From a bacterium (GTDB lineage: Bacteria > Verrucomicrobiota > Kiritimatiellia > UBA8416 > CAMZLY01), in NCBI GenBank assembly GCA_030632465.1, contig DAOVUR010000001.1, positions 1 through 28,133 of the forward strand: a stretch of 28,133 bases of DNA, given 5' to 3'. The position numbers and the translations under genes are program-made. Numbering within the stretch: position 1 is the stretch's first letter; each line of letters opens with the position of its first letter. Shown here one piece after another: positions 1-9,031 of this stretch. Under the pieces are notes generated by a model. The model saw only the letters and a program-made list of their open reading frames with translations, had not been told where the DNA came from and made no database searches.

Positions 1-80
1 CCAAACTGCTTACGACGCAAAGTCTTGGACGGCCTCGTAGACCTCAGACCATCTTAATAGCGCACCGCACCCCGTAGAGC

Positions 81-115
81 AACTTCATCGCTCAGCGTTC
101 ATCGTTCATCGTTCA
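81..115 (-). repeat. Heptamer tandem array (TGAACGA-like x5) beginning at the deaminase stop codon
   Basis: The minus strand reads TGAACGA TGAACGA TGAACGC TGAGCGA TGAAGTT; the first TGA is the stop at 113-115. Confidence 0.85.
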
Positions 116-586
116 ATAAACCACCTTATCAGGATTAGCCGCCCAGCCAGTAAGCACCGCCGCCCCTTCATCCTGCAATTCTTGCACAAAAACGACAGCA
201 CGCGCCTCTAACGGTAAAGCCACTTCTTTATATAAGAATTCATCATCAAATCCAGCTGCCGCCGCATCTTTACGCGTAGCAGCATATACCACTCGCTTTA
301 TCCTAGCCCAATAAGTGGCCGCTAGACACATAGGACAAGGCTCACAACTAGCATATAGAGTACATTCAGAGAGATCATGATCACCCAACTCAGAACAGGC
401 ATTACGTATCGCCACCACCTCAGCATGTGCCGTTGGATCATGCGCGGCAACAACCTGATTGCACCCTTCGCCAACAATAACGCCATCCTTAACAACCACA
501 GCACCAAACGGACCATGCCCCCCATCAGAAGAGTTTCTTACAGCAAGATCCAATGCCACCTTTAAAAATTTAATATCATTATTCAC
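113..586 (-). CDS. guaD: Zn-dependent nucleoside/nucleobase deaminase, B. subtilis GuaD-type guanine deaminase
   Basis: GPFGAVVV, DPTAHAEVVAIR (HAE) and SCEPCPMC (PCxxC) motifs; the YWARI...AAAAGFDD C-terminus is typical of GuaD rather than TadA. Confidence 0.85.
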   Translation of the reverse strand: MNNDIKFLKVALDLAVRNSSDGGHGPFGAVVVKDGVIVGEGCNQVVAAHDPTAHAEVVAIRNACSELGDHDLSECTLYASCEPCPMCLAATYWARIKRVVYAATRKDAAAAGFDDEFLYKEVALPLEARAVVFVQELQDEGAAVLTGWAANPDKVVY

Positions 587-605
587 AATACACCTCTCTT
601 TTTAC

Positions 606-634
606 TTGTCTGCACAACAAAATAATAACACAAT
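606..634 (+). promoter_or_regulatory. Putative promoter TTGTCT-N17-CACAAT
   Basis: 17-nt spacing; the same architecture and an identical AATAACACAAT 11-mer occur at 5445-5473. Confidence 0.4.
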
Positions 635-680
635 ATACAGCTAATCAAAAATAATTTTATATAAAAGGAGAGGAAGCAAG

Positions 681-1160
681 ATGACAGAAGAAAAGAAAAA
701 TGACGAAGTAACAGAACAAGCAGCAACCGAAACAGCTGTAACAGAGGAACCTAAAACAGAAACAGTTCCACCAACACCTGTTGAAGAACCTGCAGCAACA
801 CCTGAAACACCAGCAATGGATGAAATTGAAGATGGCAAATCTTTTGCTATTTTATCATACGTACTTACCTTTATCGGTATCCCATTCTTCCTTGTTCCAC
901 TAATCATGCGCAACAATAGCTTTTCCTTATATCACGCCAAACAGTGCCTTCTTCTAGCACTAGCTGGAATTGTACTGGGTACAATAAGCGGATTACTAGT
1001 GGCTGTATGTATCGGTTTGATTCTACTACCTGTAGTTGCCATTATGCTTATCGTATTTACAGTTATGGGCTTAATGAATGCAATTAACGGTAAAGCAGAG
1101 CCAGTACCGCTAATCGGAAAGTTTGCAGAAGATTGGTTCAAAGGAATCCAGAAAGTATAA
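681..1160 (+). CDS. DUF4870-like membrane protein with an acidic disordered N-terminus
   Basis: GKSFAILSY...PFFLVPL...NSFSLYHAKQ followed by hydrophobic helices and NAINGKAEPVPLIG; strong SD (AGGAGAGG). Confidence 0.8.
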   Translation: MTEEKKNDEVTEQAATETAVTEEPKTETVPPTPVEEPAATPETPAMDEIEDGKSFAILSYVLTFIGIPFFLVPLIMRNNSFSLYHAKQCLLLALAGIVLGTISGLLVAVCIGLILLPVVAIMLIVFTVMGLMNAINGKAEPVPLIGKFAEDWFKGIQKV

Positions 1161-1184
1161 TTAGAACCACGTATAAACTAGCGT

Positions 1185-1215
1185 CCCCAATGACCTCGTG
1201 TCATTGGAACGAAAG
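1185..1215 (+). other. 31-nt 3'-UTR structured motif CCCCAA-N13-TTGGAACGAAAG (copy 1)
   Basis: CCAATGAC/GTCATTGG stem; a same-length counterpart lies at 6619-6649. Confidence 0.55.
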
Positions 1216-1217
1216 AC

Positions 1218-1255
1218 AGAAAAGGGTAATCTGCAAAGATTACCCCTTTCTTTTT
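1218..1255 (+). terminator. Rho-independent terminator
   Basis: GGGTAATC/GATTACCC stem (1224-1245) with a 6-nt loop, followed by a T-rich tract. Confidence 0.75.
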
Positions 1256-1289
1256 CACCTTAAACTTCTAAACCATTGAACCTTAATAG

Positions 1290-1712
1290 ATGAACTGGAA
1301 ACTGAAAAACTTACAGCCGCTCGAAAACAACTACGAATTAATTTTCGGCGTGTTAGTTATTCCTATAACAGCAACTATTTATATAGGGATATCATTCTTA
1401 CCAGTTGCACTAATGCCAACCTGTCACTTTCATGCAGCCACAGGACTACCCTGCCCGACATGCGGAGCCACCAGAGCATTACATCTATTATCATCAGGAG
1501 ACTTCACTCAAGCGTGGCTTATGCAACCCCTGCTAATAACCACTGCAATCTGCGCCGCAATATATTCGCTCTACTCCTTCATTGTCGTGCTAGGTAAGCT
1601 GCCAAGAATACGAGTAGCCAAGATAACAAAAAAAGATCGACGCCTTATCCTAACCAGCTGCATAACCCTATTCTTACTCAACTGGCTCTACCTAACCTTA
1701 ACAGGAATATGA
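1290..1712 (+). CDS. DUF2752-like membrane protein
   Basis: CHFHAATGLPCPTCGATRA signature followed by A..MQPL and hydrophobic helices. Confidence 0.85.
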   Translation: MNWKLKNLQPLENNYELIFGVLVIPITATIYIGISFLPVALMPTCHFHAATGLPCPTCGATRALHLLSSGDFTQAWLMQPLLITTAICAAIYSLYSFIVVLGKLPRIRVAKITKKDRRLILTSCITLFLLNWLYLTLTGI

Positions 1713-1725
1713 AACAAGATTACAG

Positions 1726-2070
1726 GTAGCGCGATCTCTTCCATCTTCTCCCGCAACTGCGGAACATGCCGAGCTAGCCATAGAGAATCTGTCATGCGTT
1801 GCTAGCCACCCTTAGGAATGTCAGCATGGCGTGCATTTTATTGTCGAGCCTGCGAGACAATCAAATAAACGCCATACAGTAGAGCACACCATCAAACAGA
1901 CTCGTGCCTGCCGTGAGCCTGCCGAACCGGTATTCGTGCATTCGTGGCAATTCCTCTTTTAGTTTTCAGTAGTGCGTTCCGTTGAGCAGAAAATCATTTT
2001 GTCAAAAAATATTTTCAGTACATAGGCACCGTCGAGCGGGAAGTCATTCTGTAAAAAAAATTCAGTAGTC
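1726..2070 (+). repeat. Mosaic intergenic repeat array with hairpin copy at 1826-1875
   Basis: ATGGCGT...ACGCCAT hairpin, ATTCGTG repeats, AATCATTTTGTC module, and GTAG(A/C)GC junctions at 1726 and 1879; shared with the 11.2, 15.1, 18.3 and 22.2-22.5 kb loci. Confidence 0.85.
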
Positions 2071-2071
2071 C

Positions 2072-2629
2072 TTAACTATCCGCAAAACCAGCAAAAAAGA
2101 TAAGCCCACCCAGCAGTACAATAATCATCCCGAAAGTGACCATAACTTTAAGCACTACGATCAGTACCCGCGCAATCACAGCACCCCAGGCAATATCAAC
2201 AGCATGCGCTGCCTCAAGTCGTTGTCGCTCCACCAGAAAAACTAAAAGAAAACTGCCAACCATCATGCCCAGCAAACTACCGATGATTGGAATCGGAATA
2301 AAACTACCCACTACCATTCCTAATAAGCCGCCAATAATAGCCATAAATCCGGCAAATCGAGAACCACCACGTTTAGCAACCCCCCATGCACCAGCCATAG
2401 CCTCAGCAAACTCCACAGCAGCTGATAGCAGCACAAAAATAGTGATTGTCCACCAACCAGGAAAAGAGAACCCACGTACTATCGCAGCAATAATGGTAGC
2501 CAGCACCACCAGCCAGGTACCTGATATAGAAAGACATGAGAGAAGCAGCGCAACCAAGCAGAGTACTACTATTATTAGATAGACTAACCCCACCCCAGCA
2601 ACCTGAAAGAAATTAAGCAACATCTCCAT
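2072..2629 (-). CDS. DUF456-like membrane protein
   Basis: Hydrophobic, Gly-rich; GAWGVAKRGGSRFAGFMAIIGGLLG...IPIPIIGSLLG pattern. Confidence 0.8.
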   Translation of the reverse strand: MEMLLNFFQVAGVGLVYLIIVVLCLVALLLSCLSISGTWLVVLATIIAAIVRGFSFPGWWTITIFVLLSAAVEFAEAMAGAWGVAKRGGSRFAGFMAIIGGLLGMVVGSFIPIPIIGSLLGMMVGSFLLVFLVERQRLEAAHAVDIAWGAVIARVLIVVLKVMVTFGMIIVLLGGLIFFAGFADS

Positions 2630-2647
2630 ATAGTTTTCCGGCAGTTA

Positions 2648-2676
2648 AATCTGTGCTAATCTGAGTAATCTGTGGA
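2648..2676 (+). repeat. Short tandem AATCTGTG-type repeats (x3)
   Basis: AAATCTGTGC TAATCTGAGT AATCTGTGG; same family as 18362-18392. Confidence 0.7.
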
Positions 2677-3441
2677 TTAGAAATGATAACGAAAACTAGC
2701 TCTTGCTGATATATCATCTTCTGTTACATCAAACATCCAAGCCTGTCCGCCAATAGATATGCTTCTAGTGAAATATAGATCAATACCAGCAACAACACCA
2801 AACTCTTGTTTGGCACTAAAATCAGTATCGCCAACACCTGTATCAAGCGAACCATTAACAAAGCTAAGTGCCGGCCCTGCATAAATCGAAAGTCTGAAAA
2901 GCTCACTATCATTATCTATTCTGCTATTACGTTCAAATCTTTCGTAAGCTATTGGTAGCGCAATAAGAATGTCATTCCAGTCCATATTACCAGCACCTGT
3001 ATCAGCCTCATAGCGTGCGAATTCTGCAAAAGCACGTATAGTCACTCTGTCGCCAGTAGCAACTTTAGGCTCTCTGATATACCATTTATATAGATTTGCA
3101 TTTGCACCTACAGACCATTTAACCTGCCTGCTATCAGCCTGTCCAAGTATAAAGTCACTACTATTTTCCGACTGACCAACTGTTGCAAAAACTGTTAACC
3201 AATCGATCACATCATACCCTAAGAACAGACTTACCGAAGATGCATCAAGCCGAAAGTCTTCTCCTTGGTCAGGCTCAACATAACGCTTGATATTCTCATA
3301 ATTCACACCAACCGAAAATTTATCAGCACTGCCAACAGCCATAAAATCATCACCTGTACCACCTGGTAATGTTGCAGCCTGCGTATGTGATAACCCAACG
3401 ATTACAAAAACAATTAATCCTAAAACAATGCTTTTCTTCAT
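2677..3441 (-). CDS. Outer-membrane beta-barrel protein (254 aa)
   Basis: Start reassigned to MKKSIVLG (SD GGAAGG, N-terminal signal peptide); alternating beta-strand pattern; C-terminal ARASFRYHF aromatic signature. Confidence 0.75.
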   Translation of the reverse strand: MKKSIVLGLIVFVIVGLSHTQAATLPGGTGDDFMAVGSADKFSVGVNYENIKRYVEPDQGEDFRLDASSVSLFLGYDVIDWLTVFATVGQSENSSDFILGQADSRQVKWSVGANANLYKWYIREPKVATGDRVTIRAFAEFARYEADTGAGNMDWNDILIALPIAYERFERNSRIDNDSELFRLSIYAGPALSFVNGSLDTGVGDTDFSAKQEFGVVAGIDLYFTRSISIGGQAWMFDVTEDDISARASFRYHF

Positions 3442-3547
3442 AAACTTATTCCTTCCAATAAATTTCCAACAGCAGGAAAAATAATCACTCAAAATATTAA
3501 ACTTAGTCTCACGGAAAACTGCCACAATGTCAAGATGACATTCTCCG

Positions 3548-5284
3548 CTATATCCTATCAGGTGTCTCTATACCCAACAGTCCCAAGCCATCCCTCAATA
3601 CTGTAGCAACCATCCCGCACAGCCTTATTCGGCTCTCACGAACACCTTCCTCAGCCTTCAAAAACGGAACTGTCTGATAAAATGTACTATATGCCTGAGC
3701 AAGGTCATACAGGTAATCAGCTATAACACTTGGTTTATATGACGATGCAGCACGAATCACAGTTTCCCCAAAACGCGCCACCTTTATTGCTAACTTACGC
3801 TCTATATCTTCAGAAAACAGTAGCGGGTAAGAATTAAAATCAATATCCTCAAACCGTTCACGATACTTGTCCGAGACACTCGCTATACGCGCGTAGGCAT
3901 ACTGCAAGTATGGACCTGAATTACCATCAAGAGCTAACGCCTTCTCCCAAGTGAATGTGACTGTCGACTGCGGATTCTGGCTAAGATCAGCATACTTAAC
4001 CGCACCGATTCCCACAGCCCTAGCAATATCTTTTTGCACATCCTCAGATAGCTCCAAACTAGACCGGCTAACAATTTCAAAGGCTCGCCGCTCAGCCTCA
4101 TCAAGCAGCATCTCTAACTTAATAACATTACCTTCACGAGTTGAGAAAACTCCACTCGGCAATCTCATTAAGCCAAACCAAACATGCTTCAACTCAACAT
4201 CATAACCAAGTTTCTTGCTGATACAGAAGAACTGCTTAAAATGCGCCTGCTGCCGCTCATCAGTGACATACACAATTGTGTCAGGCTTAAATTCATCCAC
4301 GCGACTAGCAACAGTAGCAATATCAGTTGTCGCATAATTAAAACCACCATCACTTTTTCTAACAATGCAAACTGGCAGCTTTTCCTCTTCCAAGAAAACA
4401 ACCAAAGCACCCTCACTCTCCTCTGCCAGCTTCTTCTCCAGCAGTAGATCAAGCGTAGGCTGCAATCTATCATTATAAAAGCTTTCGCCACGCACGTAAT
4501 CAAATTTAACATCAAGACGAGAATAAACCCGTTCAAACTCTCCCATACTCAGTTCTATGAACTCGTCCCAGAGCGCTATATTATCCTTATCACCCTGTTG
4601 CAACTTAACCAACTCTTGACGACACTGCGTCAGCCACTCATCATCTTCACGACTCTTTTCATAGCTTTTCACATAGACGCGCTCTAGCTCAGCAACCGGA
4701 TCAGCTTTCAGGGCAGCTTGGTCTATAAAGTTACGGTATCCCATAATGATGATCCCAAACTGAGTTCCCCAGTCACCAATATGATTATCAGCAATAACAC
4801 GATATCCTAAAGCTCGATACATACGATCAATCGTATTACCTATAATTGTCGAACGTATATGACCAATATGCATCGGCTTAGCTATATTTGGACTTGAGTA
4901 ATCAACAACAACAGTATGACCATCACCTACATCAGACACAGCGCAGAACGAATCAGCACTCATCTTTTCCAAATATGCAACTAACCACTCATCTTTAATA
5001 TAGATATTTATAAAACCAGGCCCTGCCACTTCAAGCTTCTCGATAAAATCAGGCAGTTTTGCACCATCAACCACAGCCTGCGCAATATCACGTGGCGCCT
5101 TACCAAGCTTTTTAGCCAACGGCATTGCCTCATTACACTGGTAGTCACCAAGACCACGCGCACCAGCCATTGCAACACTAACATTACTAAAATCTACATC
5201 CGTATCACTAAATATAGTAGCGAATACCCCTCTAACCCAGTCAGTAAGAAGATTCACTACCGTACAATCATTATTCCTATTCAT
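3548..5284 (-). CDS. argS: Arginine--tRNA ligase
   Basis: GDYQCN, VAGPGFIN, VVDYSSPNIAKPMHIGHIRS (HIGH), GNSGPYLQYAYARI. Confidence 0.97.
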   Translation of the reverse strand: MNRNNDCTVVNLLTDWVRGVFATIFSDTDVDFSNVSVAMAGARGLGDYQCNEAMPLAKKLGKAPRDIAQAVVDGAKLPDFIEKLEVAGPGFINIYIKDEWLVAYLEKMSADSFCAVSDVGDGHTVVVDYSSPNIAKPMHIGHIRSTIIGNTIDRMYRALGYRVIADNHIGDWGTQFGIIIMGYRNFIDQAALKADPVAELERVYVKSYEKSREDDEWLTQCRQELVKLQQGDKDNIALWDEFIELSMGEFERVYSRLDVKFDYVRGESFYNDRLQPTLDLLLEKKLAEESEGALVVFLEEEKLPVCIVRKSDGGFNYATTDIATVASRVDEFKPDTIVYVTDERQQAHFKQFFCISKKLGYDVELKHVWFGLMRLPSGVFSTREGNVIKLEMLLDEAERRAFEIVSRSSLELSEDVQKDIARAVGIGAVKYADLSQNPQSTVTFTWEKALALDGNSGPYLQYAYARIASVSDKYRERFEDIDFNSYPLLFSEDIERKLAIKVARFGETVIRAASSYKPSVIADYLYDLAQAYSTFYQTVPFLKAEEGVRESRIRLCGMVATVLRDGLGLLGIETPDRI

Positions 5285-5444
5285 TATTCCCTCAAATCTA
5301 TAAAAGTCTCTAAAATCAATAAAACAGCCAACATTATATACTCAACTATCACAAAATTAACAAGAAACAAAAAATAGTTTTCCCCATAGGTCGGGCGACC
5401 TTCTCGAGATAGCCACAAAACTCGCAAACTCCCCTCTTTTTTCC

Positions 5445-5473
5445 TTGCCAACACCACTTCAGAATAACACAAT
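5445..5473 (+). promoter_or_regulatory. Putative promoter TTGCCA-N17-CACAAT
   Basis: 17-nt spacing; matches 606-634 including AATAACACAAT. Confidence 0.4.
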
Positions 5474-5511
5474 CTAATTTTGAAGATATTAAAACTGATA
5501 AAGGGGAGAAA

Positions 5512-6591
5512 ATGACAGATTCCACAGAGAAAAAAAATAAGACCACTAAAGACGAGACAGCTAAAAGCCCAGAAAACACAAAAGATACTGTAGAAGACAC
5601 CACAAAAGATACCGTAACTATCGAAGCTGAAACTGAAGATAAGCCAAGTAGCGACGAAGCGACCACCAACCCTGAAGCTGAAAAAAGTGCAGCTGAAAAA
5701 GATGATGATAAATTCATAGAATCAACAAAGAAGTTTGTAGCATCAGCTATAGATTTTATAAGTGGCCTATATGCAAAACTAAAAAATGCAATTGAGGCAT
5801 CTGGCTTTGATCCACAAATGCAGTCAAAAACTGTCGACCGTATACTTGACTGGGTGAAAAATCGTTACCCATCAGAAACTTACAAATCGTTCTCCGACTT
5901 CCTGACCACTCTTGGTCATTGGGGAATTGTACTTGCAGAGATATTAGTAATACTATTTGGTCTCACAGCCGCCATTAAATTAGGCAACTGGGTATATGCT
6001 GCCTACTCTGTTGGTATCGCTATTCTATTAGCTGTCTTTCAATATATAGCAAATCGATTCTTAACAGCAGGCGACACTCTAATAGAAGCAACACCAAGTT
6101 CACTGCAATCCACTGCATTTATGGACTGCGCTGCACTCCTTACAGAAATAGCCGGACTGCTATTTTTCCTTACATCAATGATAATTGCCCACAATATAGG
6201 CCAATGGAGCATGCTCTGGGTCGGTTTAGGCATCTGGTGCCTCTGCGATGCCTTCAGCTACATTGCAATCAACCCAAAACTAACAAATATCGAAATCAAG
6301 ACCGATATCAGTGCTGGTGAAGAAGCAATTGGTATTCTATCCTTTATCGTTAAAACAATTATCCGAATTGTCCCTATTGCATTTGGCGCAGGTACAATTA
6401 TCGGCGTAATCGGCCTACTATCAGGCACAATATCACTTATGTTCACAGGAGTAGCCGCAGCAGGTGTAGCATCTATACGCCTAATCATTCTCTGCACATG
6501 CCTCCCATTCGCAAGCTATATATTCTTCGCATTCTATCACTTAACCATTGATATTTTGCGCTCAATTCTTAGCCTGTCTAACAGAAAGTAG
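5512..6591 (+). CDS. Hypothetical multi-pass membrane protein with a T/E/K/D-rich low-complexity N-terminus
   Basis: 359-aa ORF with SD GGGGAG; about 65 charged residues followed by several hydrophobic segments; no family recognised. Confidence 0.8.
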   Translation: MTDSTEKKNKTTKDETAKSPENTKDTVEDTTKDTVTIEAETEDKPSSDEATTNPEAEKSAAEKDDDKFIESTKKFVASAIDFISGLYAKLKNAIEASGFDPQMQSKTVDRILDWVKNRYPSETYKSFSDFLTTLGHWGIVLAEILVILFGLTAAIKLGNWVYAAYSVGIAILLAVFQYIANRFLTAGDTLIEATPSSLQSTAFMDCAALLTEIAGLLFFLTSMIIAHNIGQWSMLWVGLGIWCLCDAFSYIAINPKLTNIEIKTDISAGEEAIGILSFIVKTIIRIVPIAFGAGTIIGVIGLLSGTISLMFTGVAAAGVASIRLIILCTCLPFASYIFFAFYHLTIDILRSILSLSNRK

Positions 6592-6618
6592 TAGTCGAGA
6601 TATCGATAAAACTAATAC

Positions 6619-6649
6619 CCCCAACGAGCTAGCCCCGTTGGAACGAAAG
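6619..6649 (+). other. 31-nt 3'-UTR structured motif CCCCAA-N13-TTGGAACGAAAG (copy 2)
   Basis: CCAACG/CGTTGG stem followed by AACGAAAG and a T7 tract. Confidence 0.55.
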
Positions 6650-6710
6650 TTTTTTTGTTGCAAGCGCCGAACTTAGGATTCTGAGTTGTTAATTCTTTTT
6701 ATTTAATATA

Positions 6711-6739
6711 TTGACATAAAGACGTAGTTTCCCTATCTT
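6711..6739 (+). promoter_or_regulatory. Sigma70-type promoter of rpsU
   Basis: TTGACA (6711-6716), 17-nt spacer, TATCTT (6734-6739), AT-rich upstream. Confidence 0.65.
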
Positions 6740-6817
6740 TTGGCGCTGAATTCACTGATGAGCCATTTTATTTTTACACAAGGCTCAAGTTATAGAAGGG
6801 AAGGTGATTAAACACCA

Positions 6818-7012
6818 ATGATTCAAATTAAATTAAAACGCGGCGAAGCTGTCGAACGTGCCATCAAACGTCTAAAAAAAGTTATGGACAAAGAAGGCAT
6901 AATGAAGGAACTAAGAGCTAATCGTTACTACGAAAAGCCAAGCGAAAGAAAACGCAAGAAATCAGCACGTGCTCGTGCAAGAGTTGCTAGCGACGCTAAA
7001 TATAATAGATAA
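6818..7012 (+). CDS. rpsU: 30S ribosomal protein bS21
   Basis: EAVERAIKRLKK...KEGIMKELR..RYYEKPSERKRKK. Confidence 0.95.
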   Translation: MIQIKLKRGEAVERAIKRLKKVMDKEGIMKELRANRYYEKPSERKRKKSARARARVASDAKYNR

Positions 7013-7040
7013 TTAATTATTATTATTTAACAAAAAATAC

Positions 7041-7080
7041 AGCTCTCTGTGCATATAAAAAGCCAGAGAGCTTCTTTTTT
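7041..7080 (+). terminator. Rho-independent terminator after rpsU
   Basis: AGCTCTCTG/CAGAGAGCT stem followed by TCTTTTTT. Confidence 0.65.
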
Positions 7081-7102
7081 AACTGTAGAATGAACCACTA
7101 TT

Positions 7103-8029
7103 ATGATGCCATTAGCAGTATCCACCCACTGGAATGCACATAAGCACACTTCAGGTGAGGCTTTGGTAGAAGAGACTCTTGAATTAGGATTCAAGCATCT
7201 CGAACTCGGGTATGACCTAACCGCCGACCTAATCGCTGGCGTCAAAAGCATGGTGGAACAAAAGGCCACACAGATAAATAGTGTCCACAACTTCTGTCCT
7301 GTCCCCGCAGGCGCTTCACGCGGTCATCCAGAACTATTCGAACTAGCAAGCTTTTCACCAATGGAACGTGAAAATGCAATACAGCTCACACTAAAAACTG
7401 TCCGCTTTGCAGCAAGCTTTGGTGCCACAAGAGTAGTTTTACATTGCGGGAATATACAAACCAAACCTTCAACAAGAACACTTATCCAACTTAGCGAAGA
7501 TGGCAAACAGCACACACCAAAATTCGAGAAACAGAAAATGAAGCTCATGATAAAACGTGAGAAACATGCACAAAAACATATCGACAACCTATACCACTCC
7601 CTAGAAAAGATGCTACCTACCCTAGAAGAATACAACGTTACTCTCGGTATAGAGAACCTACCAACATGGGAAGCCATCCCGACAGAACAAGAATCAGAAG
7701 CGCTCTTTAAACACTTTGATTCACCATTCATACGCCACTGGCACGACGTAGGACACGGACGCATCAGGCACAACCTAGGCTTTATCAATCAGATTTACTG
7801 GCTAGAAAGACTAAGCCCATTCATGTGCGGCATGCATATTCACGACGTCAAACCACCAGCAATGGATCATATTATGCCGCCTCGTGGAGATTTTGACTTT
7901 ACACAGCTTGAACCTTTCATAAAAAATGATACAGTACTGGTCATGGAGCCAGCACCAGGCACTCCCGCAGAAGAAGTTTTGACAGGAAAAACAATTATAG
8001 AAAATGCAATATCCTCACCAAGTGAGTAA
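7103..8029 (+). CDS. Sugar phosphate isomerase/epimerase (xylose-isomerase-like TIM barrel)
   Basis: [29 protein letters not shown]...DH..P..G metal-binding pattern. Confidence 0.85.
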   Translation: MMPLAVSTHWNAHKHTSGEALVEETLELGFKHLELGYDLTADLIAGVKSMVEQKATQINSVHNFCPVPAGASRGHPELFELASFSPMERENAIQLTLKTVRFAASFGATRVVLHCGNIQTKPSTRTLIQLSEDGKQHTPKFEKQKMKLMIKREKHAQKHIDNLYHSLEKMLPTLEEYNVTLGIENLPTWEAIPTEQESEALFKHFDSPFIRHWHDVGHGRIRHNLGFINQIYWLERLSPFMCGMHIHDVKPPAMDHIMPPRGDFDFTQLEPFIKNDTVLVMEPAPGTPAEEVLTGKTIIENAISSPSE

Positions 8030-8051
8030 ACAAACAAAAGGAAGTAAATTA

Positions 8052-9026
8052 ATGAAAAAAGCTCTTATCACAGGTATTACAGGACAAGATGGATCATACT
8101 TAGCCGACCTTCTTCTTGAAAAAGGATACGAAGTAACCGGCATGGTTCGTCGCTCTAGCACAGAAACATATGAACGCATATCGCACATCAAAGATAAAGT
8201 TAATCTCATCCAGGGCGATCTACTAGACGAACTCTCGCTAATGGAGATCATGGAAGAAGTTAACCCAGACGAAATCTACAACCTAGCAGCCATGTCATTT
8301 GTACCTACATCATGGTCGCACCCAGTGCTAACAGGAGAATTCACCGCCCTAGGTGTAGTACGCATGCTGGAAGCCATGAAACGTATCTGCCCAAAAGCGA
8401 AATTCTATCAGGCATCAAGTAGCGAAATGTTCGGGAAAGTACAGGAAGTGCCACAAAGCGAAACCACCCCATTCTACCCGCGCAGCCCATACGGAGTATC
8501 CAAAGCTTACGGTCACTATATCACAGTAAACTATCGCGAAAGCTACGATATCTTCGCATCATCAGGAATCCTATTTAATCACGAAAGCCCACGCCGCGGA
8601 AAAGAATTTGTAACTCGTAAAGTTACAGATAGCGTAGCTCGTATCAAACTAGGACTCATGGACAAACTTTATATGGGTAACATCGACTCATGTCGCGACT
8701 GGGGCTTTGCTGGCGACTACGTAGAAGCCATGTGGCTCATGCTACAACAGGATCAGCCTGACGACTTCGTCATCTCTACAGGAGAAGAAAACTCCGTCCG
8801 CACACTGCTACAAGTAGCATTTGATCATGTAGGACTTGACTGGGAAAAACATGTCGAAATCGATAAAGCCCTCTATCGTCCAGCTGAAGTAGAAAAACTA
8901 CTTGGTGACTGCACAAAAGCAAAAACTGAACTCAATTGGGAACCGAAAGTAAACTTCGAACAACTAACAAAAATGATGGTTGATTCTGACATGAAACTAG
9001 TGGAAAAAGAGATCCAGGATAAATAA
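8052..9026 (+). CDS. gmd: GDP-mannose 4,6-dehydratase
   Basis: [50 protein letters not shown]; start moved to MKKAL. Confidence 0.97.
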   Translation: MKKALITGITGQDGSYLADLLLEKGYEVTGMVRRSSTETYERISHIKDKVNLIQGDLLDELSLMEIMEEVNPDEIYNLAAMSFVPTSWSHPVLTGEFTALGVVRMLEAMKRICPKAKFYQASSSEMFGKVQEVPQSETTPFYPRSPYGVSKAYGHYITVNYRESYDIFASSGILFNHESPRRGKEFVTRKVTDSVARIKLGLMDKLYMGNIDSCRDWGFAGDYVEAMWLMLQQDQPDDFVISTGEENSVRTLLQVAFDHVGLDWEKHVEIDKALYRPAEVEKLLGDCTKAKTELNWEPKVNFEQLTKMMVDSDMKLVEKEIQDK

Positions 9027-9031
9027 CTATA

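Noticed and set aside
3526-3542. AATGTCA-AGA-TGACATT palindrome between argS and the OMP gene
   Set aside because: It is a single AT-rich 7-bp inverted repeat with no second copy or recognisable operator consensus, so it cannot be separated from chance or a weak terminator.
5349-5717. 122-aa minus-strand ORF and other antisense ORFs (for example 641-916, 2136-2582, 7324-7788, 16607-17020, 24334-24786, 27023-27454)
   Set aside because: Shadow ORFs opposite well-supported genes, with S/V/F-biased composition and no motifs.
6755-6786. Hammerhead-like CTGATGA followed by a GAGCC/GGCTC stem in the rpsU leader
   Set aside because: The required GAAA after stem II and the other helices are absent; at most a small leader hairpin.
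8004-8051. Longer upstream starts from the ORF track (gmd 8004, OMP 3525, kinase 17085, xerD 21621, ilvD 22667, methyltransferase 12234, HU 26257)
   Set aside because: The extensions overlap neighbouring genes, promoters or repeats and precede the family-typical N-terminus or SD; the downstream starts were used.
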